A stretch of 64,000 bases of DNA from an uncultured Bacteriovoracaceae bacterium (GTDB lineage: Bacteria > Bdellovibrionota > Bacteriovoracia > Bacteriovoracales > Bacteriovoracaceae): assembly GCA_964012805.1 (NCBI GenBank), contig CAXGUD010000001.1, positions 96,001-160,000 on the forward strand, given 5' to 3'. This document shows positions 9,280-21,917 of the stretch, piece after piece. Positions within the stretch are counted from its first letter, which is position 1. Every line of letters starts with the position of its first letter. Below the pieces are notes generated by a model, which searched no databases, was not told where the DNA came from, and saw only the letters and a list, made by a program, of their open reading frames with translations. The translations under genes and the position numbers were made by a program.

Positions 9280-11997
9280 CTATTTCTTTACAAAATTATT
9301 AACTTGGCGGTTCGCTTTTACCCACCTATGCGCAGCTTTTGAAAGAGATTCTACAAGGATTTGAGACAGCTTATGATCCCCAAAAATTTCTTTCATCTTT
9401 TCATTAAATGAGTCCTTAAGATCCTTTTTGGCATAATACCCCAAAAGAGAGTCCTTTCCCTTAAGCTGACTTAAAACCTTAGCGGCGGACAACCTTAAAT
9501 CGTGAGTATAAAAATAATAAGGCAAATCAACTGAAAGGCTCTTCTTTACCTTTTTGTCACCCTCTTTAACATTAACTGTGACTGTAGTGGACATTTTGTC
9601 ATCTAACTCTTCGTACAGAATTCTCTTAATGGAATTTAAAACTAGCTCCTCAAAACTTTCAACGACAGGGTGAAACTCAAAAATGCTTGTTTTAGAACGG
9701 AATCCCTTTCTTCCTAAGTAGGCTTCAAATGGAGAGAGTGCTCCCCTAAAGATAACCAATTTTTGCTTTTGAAGCTCTTTCTCTAAGTAATTATAAAAGC
9801 TGGAGACCTTCATTTTAATAAATTTAATATCTTCGTCACTCCATGAGTATGCTTTTCCTCCTGGGCCAACTCCACCAGACCTTAATTCCAAAACCTTTTC
9901 AAACCTTTTTATTTCTTTCTCTATGAAGTCCCGACCGAAATCAGGAAAAAGGAGAGAATTGGATTCTTTTCCAAGGGACTCCCATTGCCCGGCCAAAAAG
10001 TCGAGTTCGGCTTCTCTTACCTCTTCTTCTTCAAGCTCTCCAATGACAGGGTACTTCCTCCTAATTCTTAGAAAACGCCCTTCCTCGGTCAAGGATCTAA
10101 CAAAACTGTAATGGAGGGAGAATACACTTTTAGCTATATTTTCTGGAGAAAGAAGGGTCTTTCTAAGCCCTTTTGGCCTACTATTTACACCACCAACCGT
10201 AGACCTTACAAAAGAACTTATGAGTCTGTGAGGTAAAAAGTCTAACTCACTCTCCAAATTCCATGCGATGAAACCCGCAAATTCATTGCCAGCATCAAAA
10301 ACGTCACAGTCATGAAAGCGGTCATTATCTAGATGAGAGTCTGTACAAAAAAGAGGGCCCCCCTCCAAAGGGACTTTTTTCCCGTCATAAAGATTTTGAA
10401 TGGCTAATTCATCATAAGAAAATGCTTTTTGATTCTTTTTTAATATATGACCAGTGAGAGCGCCTTCAAAAAACATCTGGTATTCCATCACCGAACTTGT
10501 TGGAGTTAGGTTTTTGGGCACATGGCCCGTTTTAAAATAAGAGGCCCTTAATGACTTCCTTTCTTTTAATGAATAATTTTGGCCTAAACTTCCAGCAAAA
10601 TTATGCCTTAAACCCAAAGTGTGTCCTACCTCATGGGCCACGAGTTCTCTTACATAGTCTTTTGAAACTTTCTTTAAGACCTCGTCTTTTTGAGGAGAAG
10701 CGAGAAGAAAGGCCAAGTCCCTTTTTAACTTTTGCTCAAGCCCGTAATGACACATAGGTTGTTTATGAAAGCCTTTGAGGGATACTCTCCTAGACCGTTT
10801 CTTTTTTAGTTCTTCTAAAACTTCTCTCGCCTCTTCAACACCTCCAAAGGCAAAGCTACTCGTTAGAAAAATTTGCGCGTGGAGGATCTGTCCTGTTCTT
10901 GGGTCCATTTGGGCATCAGCATACGCAAAGCCGGCCTGGTCCCAATTGGCCCATTGAATGACATTGTAGTCAGGATGAGGGGCCGAAACGCCAGAAGGCG
11001 CCATGATAACTTTAATTTGCTCACGACCAAAGGCCTTGTTCCAATAGAGAACCCCCTCTTTTACCGCATCTCTATACTCTTTAGGTGTATTTGAACTAAT
11101 GGCAAATACAATGGGCTTTTTGGAGTGGAACTTTGAAGCATGGACGACTGTTGAACCATCGAGTTTATTAAAGGGCGCGACTTCAAAAAAGCCAACCTTA
11201 TCAAAACCTTTTGACTCTTTTGGTTTAAAAGAAGGATCTGGTCTATAAGGAGAAAAATAATAGCGGACCTCCACGGACTCTCTATTTCCTTCATTATCTA
11301 ATTGAGCAACTTGCCTAATAAAAAGCTCTTCTTTTTTTCTATTTAAAGAAGCTTCTTCAATGTAGCCGTACTCTAAATCAACGGCTTGAAACTCGGCTTG
11401 ATAAAAACGACCTCCATCATCGCTGGCCCTCCAGTCATTGCCTACAAAAAGAGTTTGCATCCCAACATTAAAATCAAAAATAATTTTTCCATCGACTTCT
11501 TCTTGAATAGGAAACTCGGTTAGAATAATCTTTTGGGGTATATCAGTTGTAATTGTATGGCCCTTTGTAGATTCAAGGAGAAAAAGGGACTCTCCTCTTT
11601 TTTTGAAGGAAACAACCCTTGTCTTAAGTCCATTAAAGGTTGGTATGGGAATAAGGTAGACCATATTGACCTTGAGGAGGAACTCTTTATTAAGGGCATC
11701 CTCATTTATGGAAAGACTGTACTTGTCTTTAGAAATTGTGATGCCGCCTCTGGAGGTTGAATCAAGCCCGTCTTCCAAACCATCTTCAGGGGCTTCAGTA
11801 ACCACTTCTTCTCTGTTCTCAAAAACTTCGAAGGATGCCTCAATCCTATTATGTGCCTTAACATCTTCCTTCGACTCAAAAGGGCTTTGATCAGAGCCAC
11901 ATCCACTAATTAAGCAAGCGGAAATAAGAGCGTAAAAAAGACGCAGAGCTTGGTAAGTTAAACATTTTCCTTGTTTCACGTTAAATTCCTTTTTCAA
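9280..11997 (-). CDS. Zinc-dependent metalloprotease lipoprotein (EcxA/DUF5117-DUF4953-like)
   Basis: LISGC lipobox; WNKAF; DPRTGQI; HEVGHTLGLRHNF; SSVMEY Met-turn. Confidence 0.88.
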   Translation of the reverse strand: MKKEFNVKQGKCLTYQALRLFYALISACLISGCGSDQSPFESKEDVKAHNRIEASFEVFENREEVVTEAPEDGLEDGLDSTSRGGITISKDKYSLSINEDALNKEFLLKVNMVYLIPIPTFNGLKTRVVSFKKRGESLFLLESTKGHTITTDIPQKIILTEFPIQEEVDGKIIFDFNVGMQTLFVGNDWRASDDGGRFYQAEFQAVDLEYGYIEEASLNRKKEELFIRQVAQLDNEGNRESVEVRYYFSPYRPDPSFKPKESKGFDKVGFFEVAPFNKLDGSTVVHASKFHSKKPIVFAISSNTPKEYRDAVKEGVLYWNKAFGREQIKVIMAPSGVSAPHPDYNVIQWANWDQAGFAYADAQMDPRTGQILHAQIFLTSSFAFGGVEEAREVLEELKKKRSRRVSLKGFHKQPMCHYGLEQKLKRDLAFLLASPQKDEVLKKVSKDYVRELVAHEVGHTLGLRHNFAGSLGQNYSLKERKSLRASYFKTGHVPKNLTPTSSVMEYQMFFEGALTGHILKKNQKAFSYDELAIQNLYDGKKVPLEGGPLFCTDSHLDNDRFHDCDVFDAGNEFAGFIAWNLESELDFLPHRLISSFVRSTVGGVNSRPKGLRKTLLSPENIAKSVFSLHYSFVRSLTEEGRFLRIRRKYPVIGELEEEEVREAELDFLAGQWESLGKESNSLLFPDFGRDFIEKEIKRFEKVLELRSGGVGPGGKAYSWSDEDIKFIKMKVSSFYNYLEKELQKQKLVIFRGALSPFEAYLGRKGFRSKTSIFEFHPVVESFEELVLNSIKRILYEELDDKMSTTVTVNVKEGDKKVKKSLSVDLPYYFYTHDLRLSAAKVLSQLKGKDSLLGYYAKKDLKDSFNEKMKEIFGDHKLSQILVESLSKAAHRWVKANRQVNNFVKK

Positions 11998-12060
11998 AAT
12001 TTTGCATCAGTTCTTATAATTAGGTTTTTTAGCTTTGAAAATACGATGCAAGTCTATATT

Positions 12061-12088
12061 AGAAAAGGCCCTCAATAGGGCCTTTTCT
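12061..12088. terminator. Intrinsic terminator of the AGCS symporter gene
   Basis: Perfect 12-bp stem AGAAAAGGCCCT-caat-AGGGCCTTTTCT. Confidence 0.75.
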
Positions 12089-12144
12089 GCAACAAATTTT
12101 TAGTCAGCCTGCACCTTGCAAAGCAAAAGAAAGAGCAACTGTTA

Positions 12145-13548
12145 TTAAACCTTCCCTTCCTTTAAATCCAACTCGTATTCCTTTAAAGACTCGTCCAACT
12201 TACCCCTTAAAAGAAAGTTACAGATGAGGTTCGGTATGGCCAAAAGGCCAAAGACTGCATCAGAAAAGTTGAGAACTGGGGTGAGTTTACTAACAGCACC
12301 GATAAAGACAAAAACAACAAAGAGGATCCTAAAAACGAGTACGCCCGTTTTTCCATCTCCAAAAATATAAGTAACTCCTTTTTCACCATAGTAAGACCAG
12401 GAAATAATGGTTGAAAAGGCGAAAAAGATAACTGTGATCGTCACAATCCAACCACCGACATCACCTAAAACACTCGAGAAAGCTGTTGAAGTAAGAACTG
12501 AACCTGTATTGGTACCACCAGCATTCATCCACTCACCTGTTATAAGGAGAACAAGCGCCGTAACGGTACAAACAACAATTGTGTCAATATAAGGACCAAG
12601 TAAGCCTACAATCCCTTCTTGAATAGGCGATGATTTTGCCGCAGCATGGGCCATGGCCGCTGTCCCCATCCCCGCTTCGTTAGAAAAAACTGCCCTACGA
12701 ATCCCTTGGGCAATAACTTGTTGAATGGTGACGCCTGTAAACCCTCCAACTGCTGCCGTTCCCGTAAAGGCATCAACAAAAATTTGCTTAATTAGAGCGG
12801 GGACCGCGCCTAAATTCATTAAGACAATAATAACGGCAGCTCCAAAATATAGAACGACCATAGTCGGAACAAGCTTTCCGGCAACACTTCCAATTCTTTT
12901 AATTCCTCCTAAAATAACCGCCGCTGTCAAAGCAGCAAAAACAATCCCTGTTACCCATGGAGGAATCCCGCCATTTGAGCTTAAAAGGGAAGCTACGGAT
13001 TGGGATTGGAACATATTCCCTGCCCCAAAAGAGGAGAGGATTGTGGCAACGGCGTAAAAGAAAGCTAGGGGAAGAAAAGCTTTTCCAAGACCCTGCTTGA
13101 TGGTGTACATTGGCCCACCATTAACAACAGTTTCTCCATCTTCAACCTTTACCTCTCTATAAATAAGAGAAAGGGAAATAGATGAAAACTTGGTGGCTGC
13201 TCCAACCAAAGCGGCAAGCCACATCCAAAAAACGGCACCTGGTCCACCAGCAGCAATCGCCACGGCAACACCAGCAATATTTCCAAGACCAATCGTCGCT
13301 GAAAGCGCTGCACAGAGGGCCTGGAAGTGGCTAATTTCACCTTTGTCTTCAGGCTTATCATACTTACCAGCTGTTACGTCAATGGCATGTTTAAAATGCC
13401 TAAATTGAGGAAAGCGGTAAATAAGTGTAAAGAAGAGACCTGCTAAAAGAAGAAAGACCACAAGAAGGGGGATCCCTCCCAAAAAGCTAGCCCCATAGCC
13501 CCAAACAAAACTTACGAACCCTTCTGAAAAACTTGCAAAACTGTCCAT
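12145..13548 (-). CDS. Alanine/glycine:cation symporter (AGCS family)
   Basis: LSATIGLGNIAGVA, GGPGAVFWMW, GGPMY, FSNEAGMG, SWSYYGE. Confidence 0.95.
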   Translation of the reverse strand: MDSFASFSEGFVSFVWGYGASFLGGIPLLVVFLLLAGLFFTLIYRFPQFRHFKHAIDVTAGKYDKPEDKGEISHFQALCAALSATIGLGNIAGVAVAIAAGGPGAVFWMWLAALVGAATKFSSISLSLIYREVKVEDGETVVNGGPMYTIKQGLGKAFLPLAFFYAVATILSSFGAGNMFQSQSVASLLSSNGGIPPWVTGIVFAALTAAVILGGIKRIGSVAGKLVPTMVVLYFGAAVIIVLMNLGAVPALIKQIFVDAFTGTAAVGGFTGVTIQQVIAQGIRRAVFSNEAGMGTAAMAHAAAKSSPIQEGIVGLLGPYIDTIVVCTVTALVLLITGEWMNAGGTNTGSVLTSTAFSSVLGDVGGWIVTITVIFFAFSTIISWSYYGEKGVTYIFGDGKTGVLVFRILFVVFVFIGAVSKLTPVLNFSDAVFGLLAIPNLICNFLLRGKLDESLKEYELDLKEGKV

Positions 13549-13744
13549 AGCGAACCCTTGTAGTTAAAATTTATTTATTGTGCGTATTGTTCGAAAAAAA
13601 ATGGAAGTTGTCAAAAAACAAAACCTGTTGATTTCTTAGGCCTTTTTTCTTGATGCCGAAAAAAAAAAAGAAAGCGTTGCTATGTGCTAAAATACACGGA
13701 TTAATCAGCTTCATGGTTTTAAATAAAATATGGGGAACCTTGAG

Positions 13745-14626
13745 ATGAAACTAACAAGCCTCTTACTGCTTTTTCTTCTTCCCTTTTTCACTTACTGCAA
13801 AAAACAAAAGCCGCCCTCACAACCGGCGACAAACCCTGGAAGCTCTCAAGGACCTAAACCGCTCTGCCCTTCGAGTAGTTTTTGTGTCCTTTCAAAAATG
13901 CCACTTTTGAATCAAGGTGCGAGCTCCCTTCCCCCCATTATTGCAGAAAAAACGGGAGATTCAAGTATCACAAGAGACAAGGGGTGGTGTGCTCCTGTCT
14001 CCTCCACTATTGGAATTGCAGGCCTTGTAAGGGACACTCCCTCAAGTGTAAAATTCAATAATGGCTTTGATCAATTTAGAAGTTTTGGAACTTACTATAC
14101 CAGCACCTCAAGGACTAAAAAGTATGGCCCAAGCATTTATAAAGTTGGCCAAGAAATGCAAACCAATTGGAAAAAGGGAGGCACTATAAGTTATAAAAAA
14201 GTTGATGCCTTTGAAAAGTTTACCAAAGACATTAAGGCCCCAAAAAGCTTTAAAGTTGGGCATAAAGATCAAAGTCTCAGCCGCTGGAGTACAGTAACAA
14301 ACCAAGACATCATCGATATTTTTAAGACACGTAAACCAGCTTTTGCCGTTAGTTGGGGAGTCTACAAAAGAGAAGGAGATAGTATTTACCGGAGAAGCGG
14401 AGGACATGCTCTCATTATTAATGGCTACGAAGACGGTTATTTAAAGGTCTACGACCCATGGGGAAAAATTTATAACGTCAATATTGTGGAAGCTGAAGGG
14501 AGTGGAATTTTCGGCAGGGCCGAGGTTAGACATGTAAGCGGAAGCAGAGGCTTTGTACAAGCTTATACAGGATCTAATAAGAAAATTATCTTCGATGGTT
14601 ATAACTATATGTACACCCATAAATAA
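13745..14626 (+). CDS. Putative lipoprotein cysteine peptidase (C39-like/papain fold)
   Basis: Signal ending FTYC; Q...GWCAPVS catalytic Cys; GGHALIINGY His; VYDPWG Asp. Confidence 0.7.
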   Translation: MKLTSLLLLFLLPFFTYCKKQKPPSQPATNPGSSQGPKPLCPSSSFCVLSKMPLLNQGASSLPPIIAEKTGDSSITRDKGWCAPVSSTIGIAGLVRDTPSSVKFNNGFDQFRSFGTYYTSTSRTKKYGPSIYKVGQEMQTNWKKGGTISYKKVDAFEKFTKDIKAPKSFKVGHKDQSLSRWSTVTNQDIIDIFKTRKPAFAVSWGVYKREGDSIYRRSGGHALIINGYEDGYLKVYDPWGKIYNVNIVEAEGSGIFGRAEVRHVSGSRGFVQAYTGSNKKIIFDGYNYMYTHK

Positions 14627-14653
14627 TTAAAATAGGCTGGGCCTGCAATTTAA

Positions 14654-17017
<2,364 letters not shown>

Positions 17018-17033
17018 AATAAGATATTCTTTT

Positions 17034-17666
17034 TTACCTCTTGTCTTGTTTCTTTTTGGAATAAGGCGAGAGGTAAGTTCCAAAAACTAAATCCCAAAGA
17101 GGGTTACTAACCCCATAACGAAGACCTTTTTCCCCATGGTGGTGCTTCAAATGGTAAGTCCTTAAAAATTTTCCAATAGGCCCTTTCATTGGCCAGTGGT
17201 GAGTTGCATAGTGAATATAATCATAACAAAGGTAGCCCATAAGAAAGTAGGCCGTAAAAGAAAAAAGAAAACGATCAGGTACCACTGCCTTAAAAAAGCT
17301 AAAAATAGGAATCATAAGTAAAACGGCCGGTAATATAGGGAAAACAAGCCTTGTGGGGTCTTGAGGATCATCATGGTGAATGCCATGAAAAAGGTAAATA
17401 AAACGCTTCCCCATTGGCCCTTTGGCCTCATAATGAAACAAAAATCTATGCATTGTGTATTCAGTAAGGCTCCAAACAAGTAAAGCTACAACCGCCACAT
17501 TGAAGTTTTCCTGCAAGGAGAGAGCATTATTCATTTGCGATTTTGATAAAAGAAAGACGCAGACTGGAGTCCAAAAAATTAAAGGGGTAATCGGGTTAAT
17601 GTGACTAAAAGACTCCCAAAAATCTGACTTAAACAGTCTGATTGATTTGTACTCTGTTTTTGCCAT
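17034..17666 (-). CDS. Fatty acid hydroxylase / sterol desaturase family (FA2H-like)
   Basis: His boxes HRFLFH, HGIHH, HYATHH, HLKHHH; RLVFP; YGVSNPLWD. Confidence 0.9.
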   Translation of the reverse strand: MAKTEYKSIRLFKSDFWESFSHINPITPLIFWTPVCVFLLSKSQMNNALSLQENFNVAVVALLVWSLTEYTMHRFLFHYEAKGPMGKRFIYLFHGIHHDDPQDPTRLVFPILPAVLLMIPIFSFFKAVVPDRFLFSFTAYFLMGYLCYDYIHYATHHWPMKGPIGKFLRTYHLKHHHGEKGLRYGVSNPLWDLVFGTYLSPYSKKKQDKR

Positions 17667-17819
17667 TCTTTTTCTTCCCCAAATTAAGATTTCACACTTC
17701 ATCGGTAGCTTTCTAAAGTCTAACACTAATTTTTTAATTTAAAAAAAGACAAAATTGGTAACAATCCTTAAAATGCCAAAAACTAATTACATAAATAAAT
17801 CTAAATAAAAGGACAAAAG

Positions 17820-18620
17820 ATGACAAATAAGGCCGGTCTTAATCATGAGGACCTTTTTGGCCCGTCAAAAATGGAAACTTGGGAAGGTGAAGTTGCCCTT
17901 ATTACTGGTGCCACAAGCGGCATTGGGAACGAAGTGGCCAAGCTTTTTGCGAGAGCCGGAATAAAAGTTTTTGCTACTGGAAGAAGTGAATCAAAACTTG
18001 AAGACCTTAAAAATGATATCCTCTCTTTTGAAGGTCAAATAGAAATCCAGCCCCAAGACTTACGAAAAGAAGAAAATATCTTTTCCCTATTCAGCTCTGT
18101 GAGAAAAAAGTGGGGCGGCGTCAGGGTTCTTATTAATAATGCAGGCCTTGGGTATAAGGTTGGTCTTCTTGAAGAGAATGCTTCCAAATGGAGGGAGATG
18201 CTTGAGACCAATGTCCTTGCCCCTACCCTTTGTGCCCAGCAGGCCATAGAAGATATGAGAAAAATGGGAGATAGAGGCCACGTTGTTAACATTTGCTCAA
18301 TGGCAGGCCACAGAGTTCCTCCCCAAAGCGGTATGTACTCTGCCACAAAGTATGCCATTAACTCTTTAACAGAAGGACTAAGACAAGAGCTAAGGACACT
18401 AAAGAGTCATATTAGGGTCAGTCAAATAAGCCCAGGCTTTGTCGATACCCCTTTTCTTCCCCAATATTTTGGAGACCATAAAGAAAGTGAGAAACTCCTT
18501 AGTCAAATTAACCCTCTCACTGCTCTTGATATTGCTAGAACTGTTTATACAGTTATTACCCAACCTCAATCTATGCAAATTCACGATGTGCTCGTAAGAC
18601 CAACAGAACAACCAAACTAA
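17820..18620 (+). CDS. SDR oxidoreductase (YdfG/DHRS11-like)
   Basis: TGATSGIG, NNAG, YSATK, ISPGFVDT. Confidence 0.92.
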   Translation: MTNKAGLNHEDLFGPSKMETWEGEVALITGATSGIGNEVAKLFARAGIKVFATGRSESKLEDLKNDILSFEGQIEIQPQDLRKEENIFSLFSSVRKKWGGVRVLINNAGLGYKVGLLEENASKWREMLETNVLAPTLCAQQAIEDMRKMGDRGHVVNICSMAGHRVPPQSGMYSATKYAINSLTEGLRQELRTLKSHIRVSQISPGFVDTPFLPQYFGDHKESEKLLSQINPLTALDIARTVYTVITQPQSMQIHDVLVRPTEQPN

Positions 18621-18646
18621 AAAAAGCCCCCTATAAAAGGGGGCCT
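18619..18646. terminator. Intrinsic terminator
   Basis: A-run then GCCCCCT-ataaa-AGGGGGC between convergent genes. Confidence 0.65.
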
Positions 18647-18670
18647 CAAGCTTATGAGTTTTTAATTTCT

Positions 18671-20545
18671 TTATTCAAAGAAACACCCAAGTAGATTTTC
18701 TTCAAGCAAATGATCGATTGTATCGTTAAACAAACTTCCATATCCACTTCCTGGGTAACCTTTTAAGCCTAATATTCTTTTAACAAGACCACTTTTTAAA
18801 GCCCTGATATTATTTTCCACAATAGAAGTTTCAAAGTGCTCTAGGTTCCTTGCAGGAGTAACCTTACATATTTTATTAAGTGCACCTTTAAACTTTCTCG
18901 ACTCTACGAACTTTCTCATTTCCCAGCTCTCAATTTGATGCCTAAGTCTTGAAATCTTAAGTCCATTCATTAAAACTGAGTTAATAGGACCTAAAGTTCC
19001 GCCATCTTGGGTTTTTATTGGGGTCTCCGAAACAGCTTTTAAACCATCCTCAAGGGCCTTGAAAGTATGAGCTATAGGGTTTCCAACATCTCCCTGATTA
19101 CAATTATACTGTTCCATTAAATGATCATCCGTACAAAATGGAAACTCAGTATTCTCTCTCTCTCCATAATAAGCATACCTAATAGCACCTATATCATAGC
19201 CACCGATACCATGAAAGATGGCCCTCTCTTTTCTCGGAAGGTAGTCCATCACAGAGTTTGTTAATCCATGCCTGGCATTTACTGTTCCTTTAAAGTTATG
19301 ACGAAGACCCAAAACATGACCTACTTCATGAGATATCGTTTCTCTATAGTAACCTTTCATATATTCATCAAAGGAACCAAGGCCTGTAAATTGTGGAATA
19401 ACTGGTATTTCTCCATGCTCACTAAAAATATCCAAAGTACCAAACTTTGCCTTCAAGTGGTTAGCAGCTCGAAGCGAGTAGCCATGCCTCTTTCTGTAAT
19501 CATTTCTTAGAAAATCTCCATTGATAAGAAGACTTCCGCTTACAATCGAACCTGTTTCAGGGTCAGCGAAAACAGGAACTGCAACACCGGCCCAACCAAC
19601 ATGCTTATCAGTATTTTTTACCCATTTAACAACATTGTATCTGGGGTCCCCAATATCCATATGAGGACCTGCCAACTCTACCTTTATTGGGGATCCATCA
19701 AAGGCTTTATTCCATGCAAGGATTGCTTCTTTTGCTGGGGCCACCATATCGTTAGGAAAATCTTTCAAGTGAAATATTATAGAATTATTTTCAAGTGAAA
19801 AAGTTCTTATAGGTGTTCCTTCGCTCTCCCTCATAAGATCTGGTCCGAAGTAACCATATTTGTCTCTAAGGCTTTCCGCAACAGTACGAGAAGTGTTAAC
19901 TCTCCCTACTGTATCCCTTTTTACAAGAAACAATCTTAAATCAACACTACCTTCTTTTCTTAAAGACTTTTCTCCTGCCTGCATAACACCAACCATTGGA
20001 TAACGAAGATCAATTAAAACCATATCTTCTTTTATCGTTGTCCCTAAAACCCGAGACCTCCCATATGACTCATAAGTCGAAACGCCTGTTTGCATTTTAG
20101 TGCTAACTTTTAAAGCTTCTTTTATGTGCCTATTATCAAGGGCCGAAGCAAAGTCGACAAGTTCTATGCCATTTTGCTCTTCCATATCTAAGCTCATGAC
20201 AACTTTTCTTTCCAATATATCGTATATGTAAAGTCGTCCCTGATAAGGTATCATTTTTACAACTTTTGCTTTTGAGTGAGCGGTTAAAACCTTCCCAAAA
20301 AAGTCATTTGTATTTGTAATAGTTAAACCAAAAATCCATTCATCCTGGAGGTCTCTTGTTTCAAGTCCTCCCCTATGACTCATAGACTCTAGTAAGATCC
20401 CATCAAGAGCTTCCTCAAGCTTTTCTCCAACCAAAATATTTCCTCTTACTTGGGACATCTTGTCCGGGGACCTTTGATTACAGCCCACCAAAAGAGACAA
20501 GAGGATCGCCATCATCACAGACATCTTTTTTATCGTTCTCATCAT
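18671..20545 (-). CDS. Zinc-dependent metalloprotease lipoprotein (EcxA/DUF4953-like), paralog of 9280..11997
   Basis: LLVGC lipobox; WNKAF; DPETGSI; HEVGHVLGLRHNF; NSVMDY; FCTD. Confidence 0.88.
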   Translation of the reverse strand: MMRTIKKMSVMMAILLSLLVGCNQRSPDKMSQVRGNILVGEKLEEALDGILLESMSHRGGLETRDLQDEWIFGLTITNTNDFFGKVLTAHSKAKVVKMIPYQGRLYIYDILERKVVMSLDMEEQNGIELVDFASALDNRHIKEALKVSTKMQTGVSTYESYGRSRVLGTTIKEDMVLIDLRYPMVGVMQAGEKSLRKEGSVDLRLFLVKRDTVGRVNTSRTVAESLRDKYGYFGPDLMRESEGTPIRTFSLENNSIIFHLKDFPNDMVAPAKEAILAWNKAFDGSPIKVELAGPHMDIGDPRYNVVKWVKNTDKHVGWAGVAVPVFADPETGSIVSGSLLINGDFLRNDYRKRHGYSLRAANHLKAKFGTLDIFSEHGEIPVIPQFTGLGSFDEYMKGYYRETISHEVGHVLGLRHNFKGTVNARHGLTNSVMDYLPRKERAIFHGIGGYDIGAIRYAYYGERENTEFPFCTDDHLMEQYNCNQGDVGNPIAHTFKALEDGLKAVSETPIKTQDGGTLGPINSVLMNGLKISRLRHQIESWEMRKFVESRKFKGALNKICKVTPARNLEHFETSIVENNIRALKSGLVKRILGLKGYPGSGYGSLFNDTIDHLLEENLLGCFFE

Positions 20546-20779
20546 CCTCTCCTTGCTTAATCAGAAACTTAATTTTCTGATTCCTTGGGTTTATTAGAAA
20601 AGAGTGACAATTCCAAAAACGATCCAGGAAAAAACCATGTTATTTCAGGGGTTTAAGCTTTTATTAAGGTTTATAGTAAGAAAAAGTAAATTTTAGCGGC
20701 CCATCAATTCTAATCAGGGTCATTTTGATTCCGTCAAAAAAGGTGTATATTCCACCTTTTTTTAAAAGAGGAGGTCAAA

Positions 20780-21565
20780 ATGTATTGTCACGAAGTCGAT
20801 TATGAAATCATTGGGAGCGATCTTCAAATGGTAGAAGTTGAATTAGACCCAAATGAAACAGTCGTAGCTGAAGCCGGTTCAATGAATTACTTTGAAGAGG
20901 GAATTACCTTTGAAGCAAAAATGGGAGATGGCTCAGAACCTGAAAAAGGTTTTTTTGGTAAAATTCTCGGAGCAGGTAAACGCTTTTTAACAGGAGAGTC
21001 TGTTTTCATGACTCACTTTACAAATAACGGCCCTGGAAAAAAGCGCGTTTCTTTTGCTGCACCTTTCCCTGGAAAGATTATTCCAGTCAACATGAACGAA
21101 GTCGGGGGCAAAATCCTTTGCCAAAAAGACTCTTTCCTAGCAGCAGCGCTTGGAACAAAAGTCTCAATGGCCTTCAATCAAAAAATAGGAACAGGACTTT
21201 TTGGAGGAGAAGGCTTTATCCTACAGAAGTTAGAGGGTGACGGAATGGCGTTTATCCATGCAGGTGGAACCATTATCCGAAAGGAATTAAAAAATAGTAA
21301 AATTATGGTTGATACCGGATGCATTGTCGGGTTTACCGCAGGGGTTGATTATAATATCCAAAGAAGCGGCGGACTAAAGTCTATGGTATTTGGGGGAGAA
21401 GGACTTTTCTTAGCAACACTATCTGGTACTGGCTCTGTCTGGCTTCAAAGCCTACCGTTCTCACGACTCGCTGATAGGATACTTGCAAATGCGCCAAGTG
21501 CTGGCGGAAAAACTCAAGGCGAGGGATCCCTTATGGGAGGAGTTTCTAATATATTTGAAGATTAA
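20780..21565 (+). CDS. TIGR00266/AIM24 family protein
   Basis: [47 protein letters not shown]. Confidence 0.92.
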   Translation: MYCHEVDYEIIGSDLQMVEVELDPNETVVAEAGSMNYFEEGITFEAKMGDGSEPEKGFFGKILGAGKRFLTGESVFMTHFTNNGPGKKRVSFAAPFPGKIIPVNMNEVGGKILCQKDSFLAAALGTKVSMAFNQKIGTGLFGGEGFILQKLEGDGMAFIHAGGTIIRKELKNSKIMVDTGCIVGFTAGVDYNIQRSGGLKSMVFGGEGLFLATLSGTGSVWLQSLPFSRLADRILANAPSAGGKTQGEGSLMGGVSNIFED

Positions 21566-21610
21566 AGTTAAAACATTGTTTTGTTTAAACTTCACTCTCT
21601 TTGAAAATAA

Positions 21611-21647
21611 AAAGGGTTTCAAAAAAAAGTCTTGAAACCTTTTTTTC
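21611..21647 (+). terminator. Intrinsic terminator
   Basis: GGTTTCAA...TTGAAACC stem followed by a T-run. Confidence 0.65.
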
Positions 21648-21649
21648 TC

Positions 21650-21676
21650 TCAATTTCCGTTTAAAATAACCGATTA
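21650..21676 (+). promoter_or_regulatory. Possible sigma28 (FliA)-type promoter
   Basis: TCAA-N15-ACCGATTA versus consensus TAAA-N15-GCCGATAA; just upstream of the small ORF at 21710. Confidence 0.4.
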
Positions 21677-21709
21677 GCCCACCTGTAAACAAAAAAAAGG
21701 TGAAATCTT

Positions 21710-21889
21710 TTGACTGACCAAAATAAAGCTGAAGAAGAAAAAACCCACGAGCATCTTCCTATCCCCATTCAACTTTATGAAAAGATGAGGCAAGTCGCAT
21801 CCTCAGTCGGAGAAGCCCCTCAAAGATACCTATGGAGCCTTATTGAAAGCGACTACATGAGATGGAAGAAAGAAAATCAAAATAAATAA
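21710..21889 (+). CDS. Small 59-aa protein, ribbon-helix-helix-like (not in the ORF track)
   Basis: TTG start with SD AAGGTG; translation MTDQNKAEEEKTHEHLPIPIQLYEKMRQVASSVGEAPQRYLWSLIESDYMRWKKENQNK. Confidence 0.6.
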   Translation: MTDQNKAEEEKTHEHLPIPIQLYEKMRQVASSVGEAPQRYLWSLIESDYMRWKKENQNK

Positions 21890-21917
21890 AGTTGTAGTCT
21901 GAAATTATTTTAAAAAG

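Noticed and set aside
9074..9364. 96-aa ORF overlapping the small lipoprotein and the protease 3' end
   Set aside because: Runs through a terminator hairpin and overlaps better-supported genes
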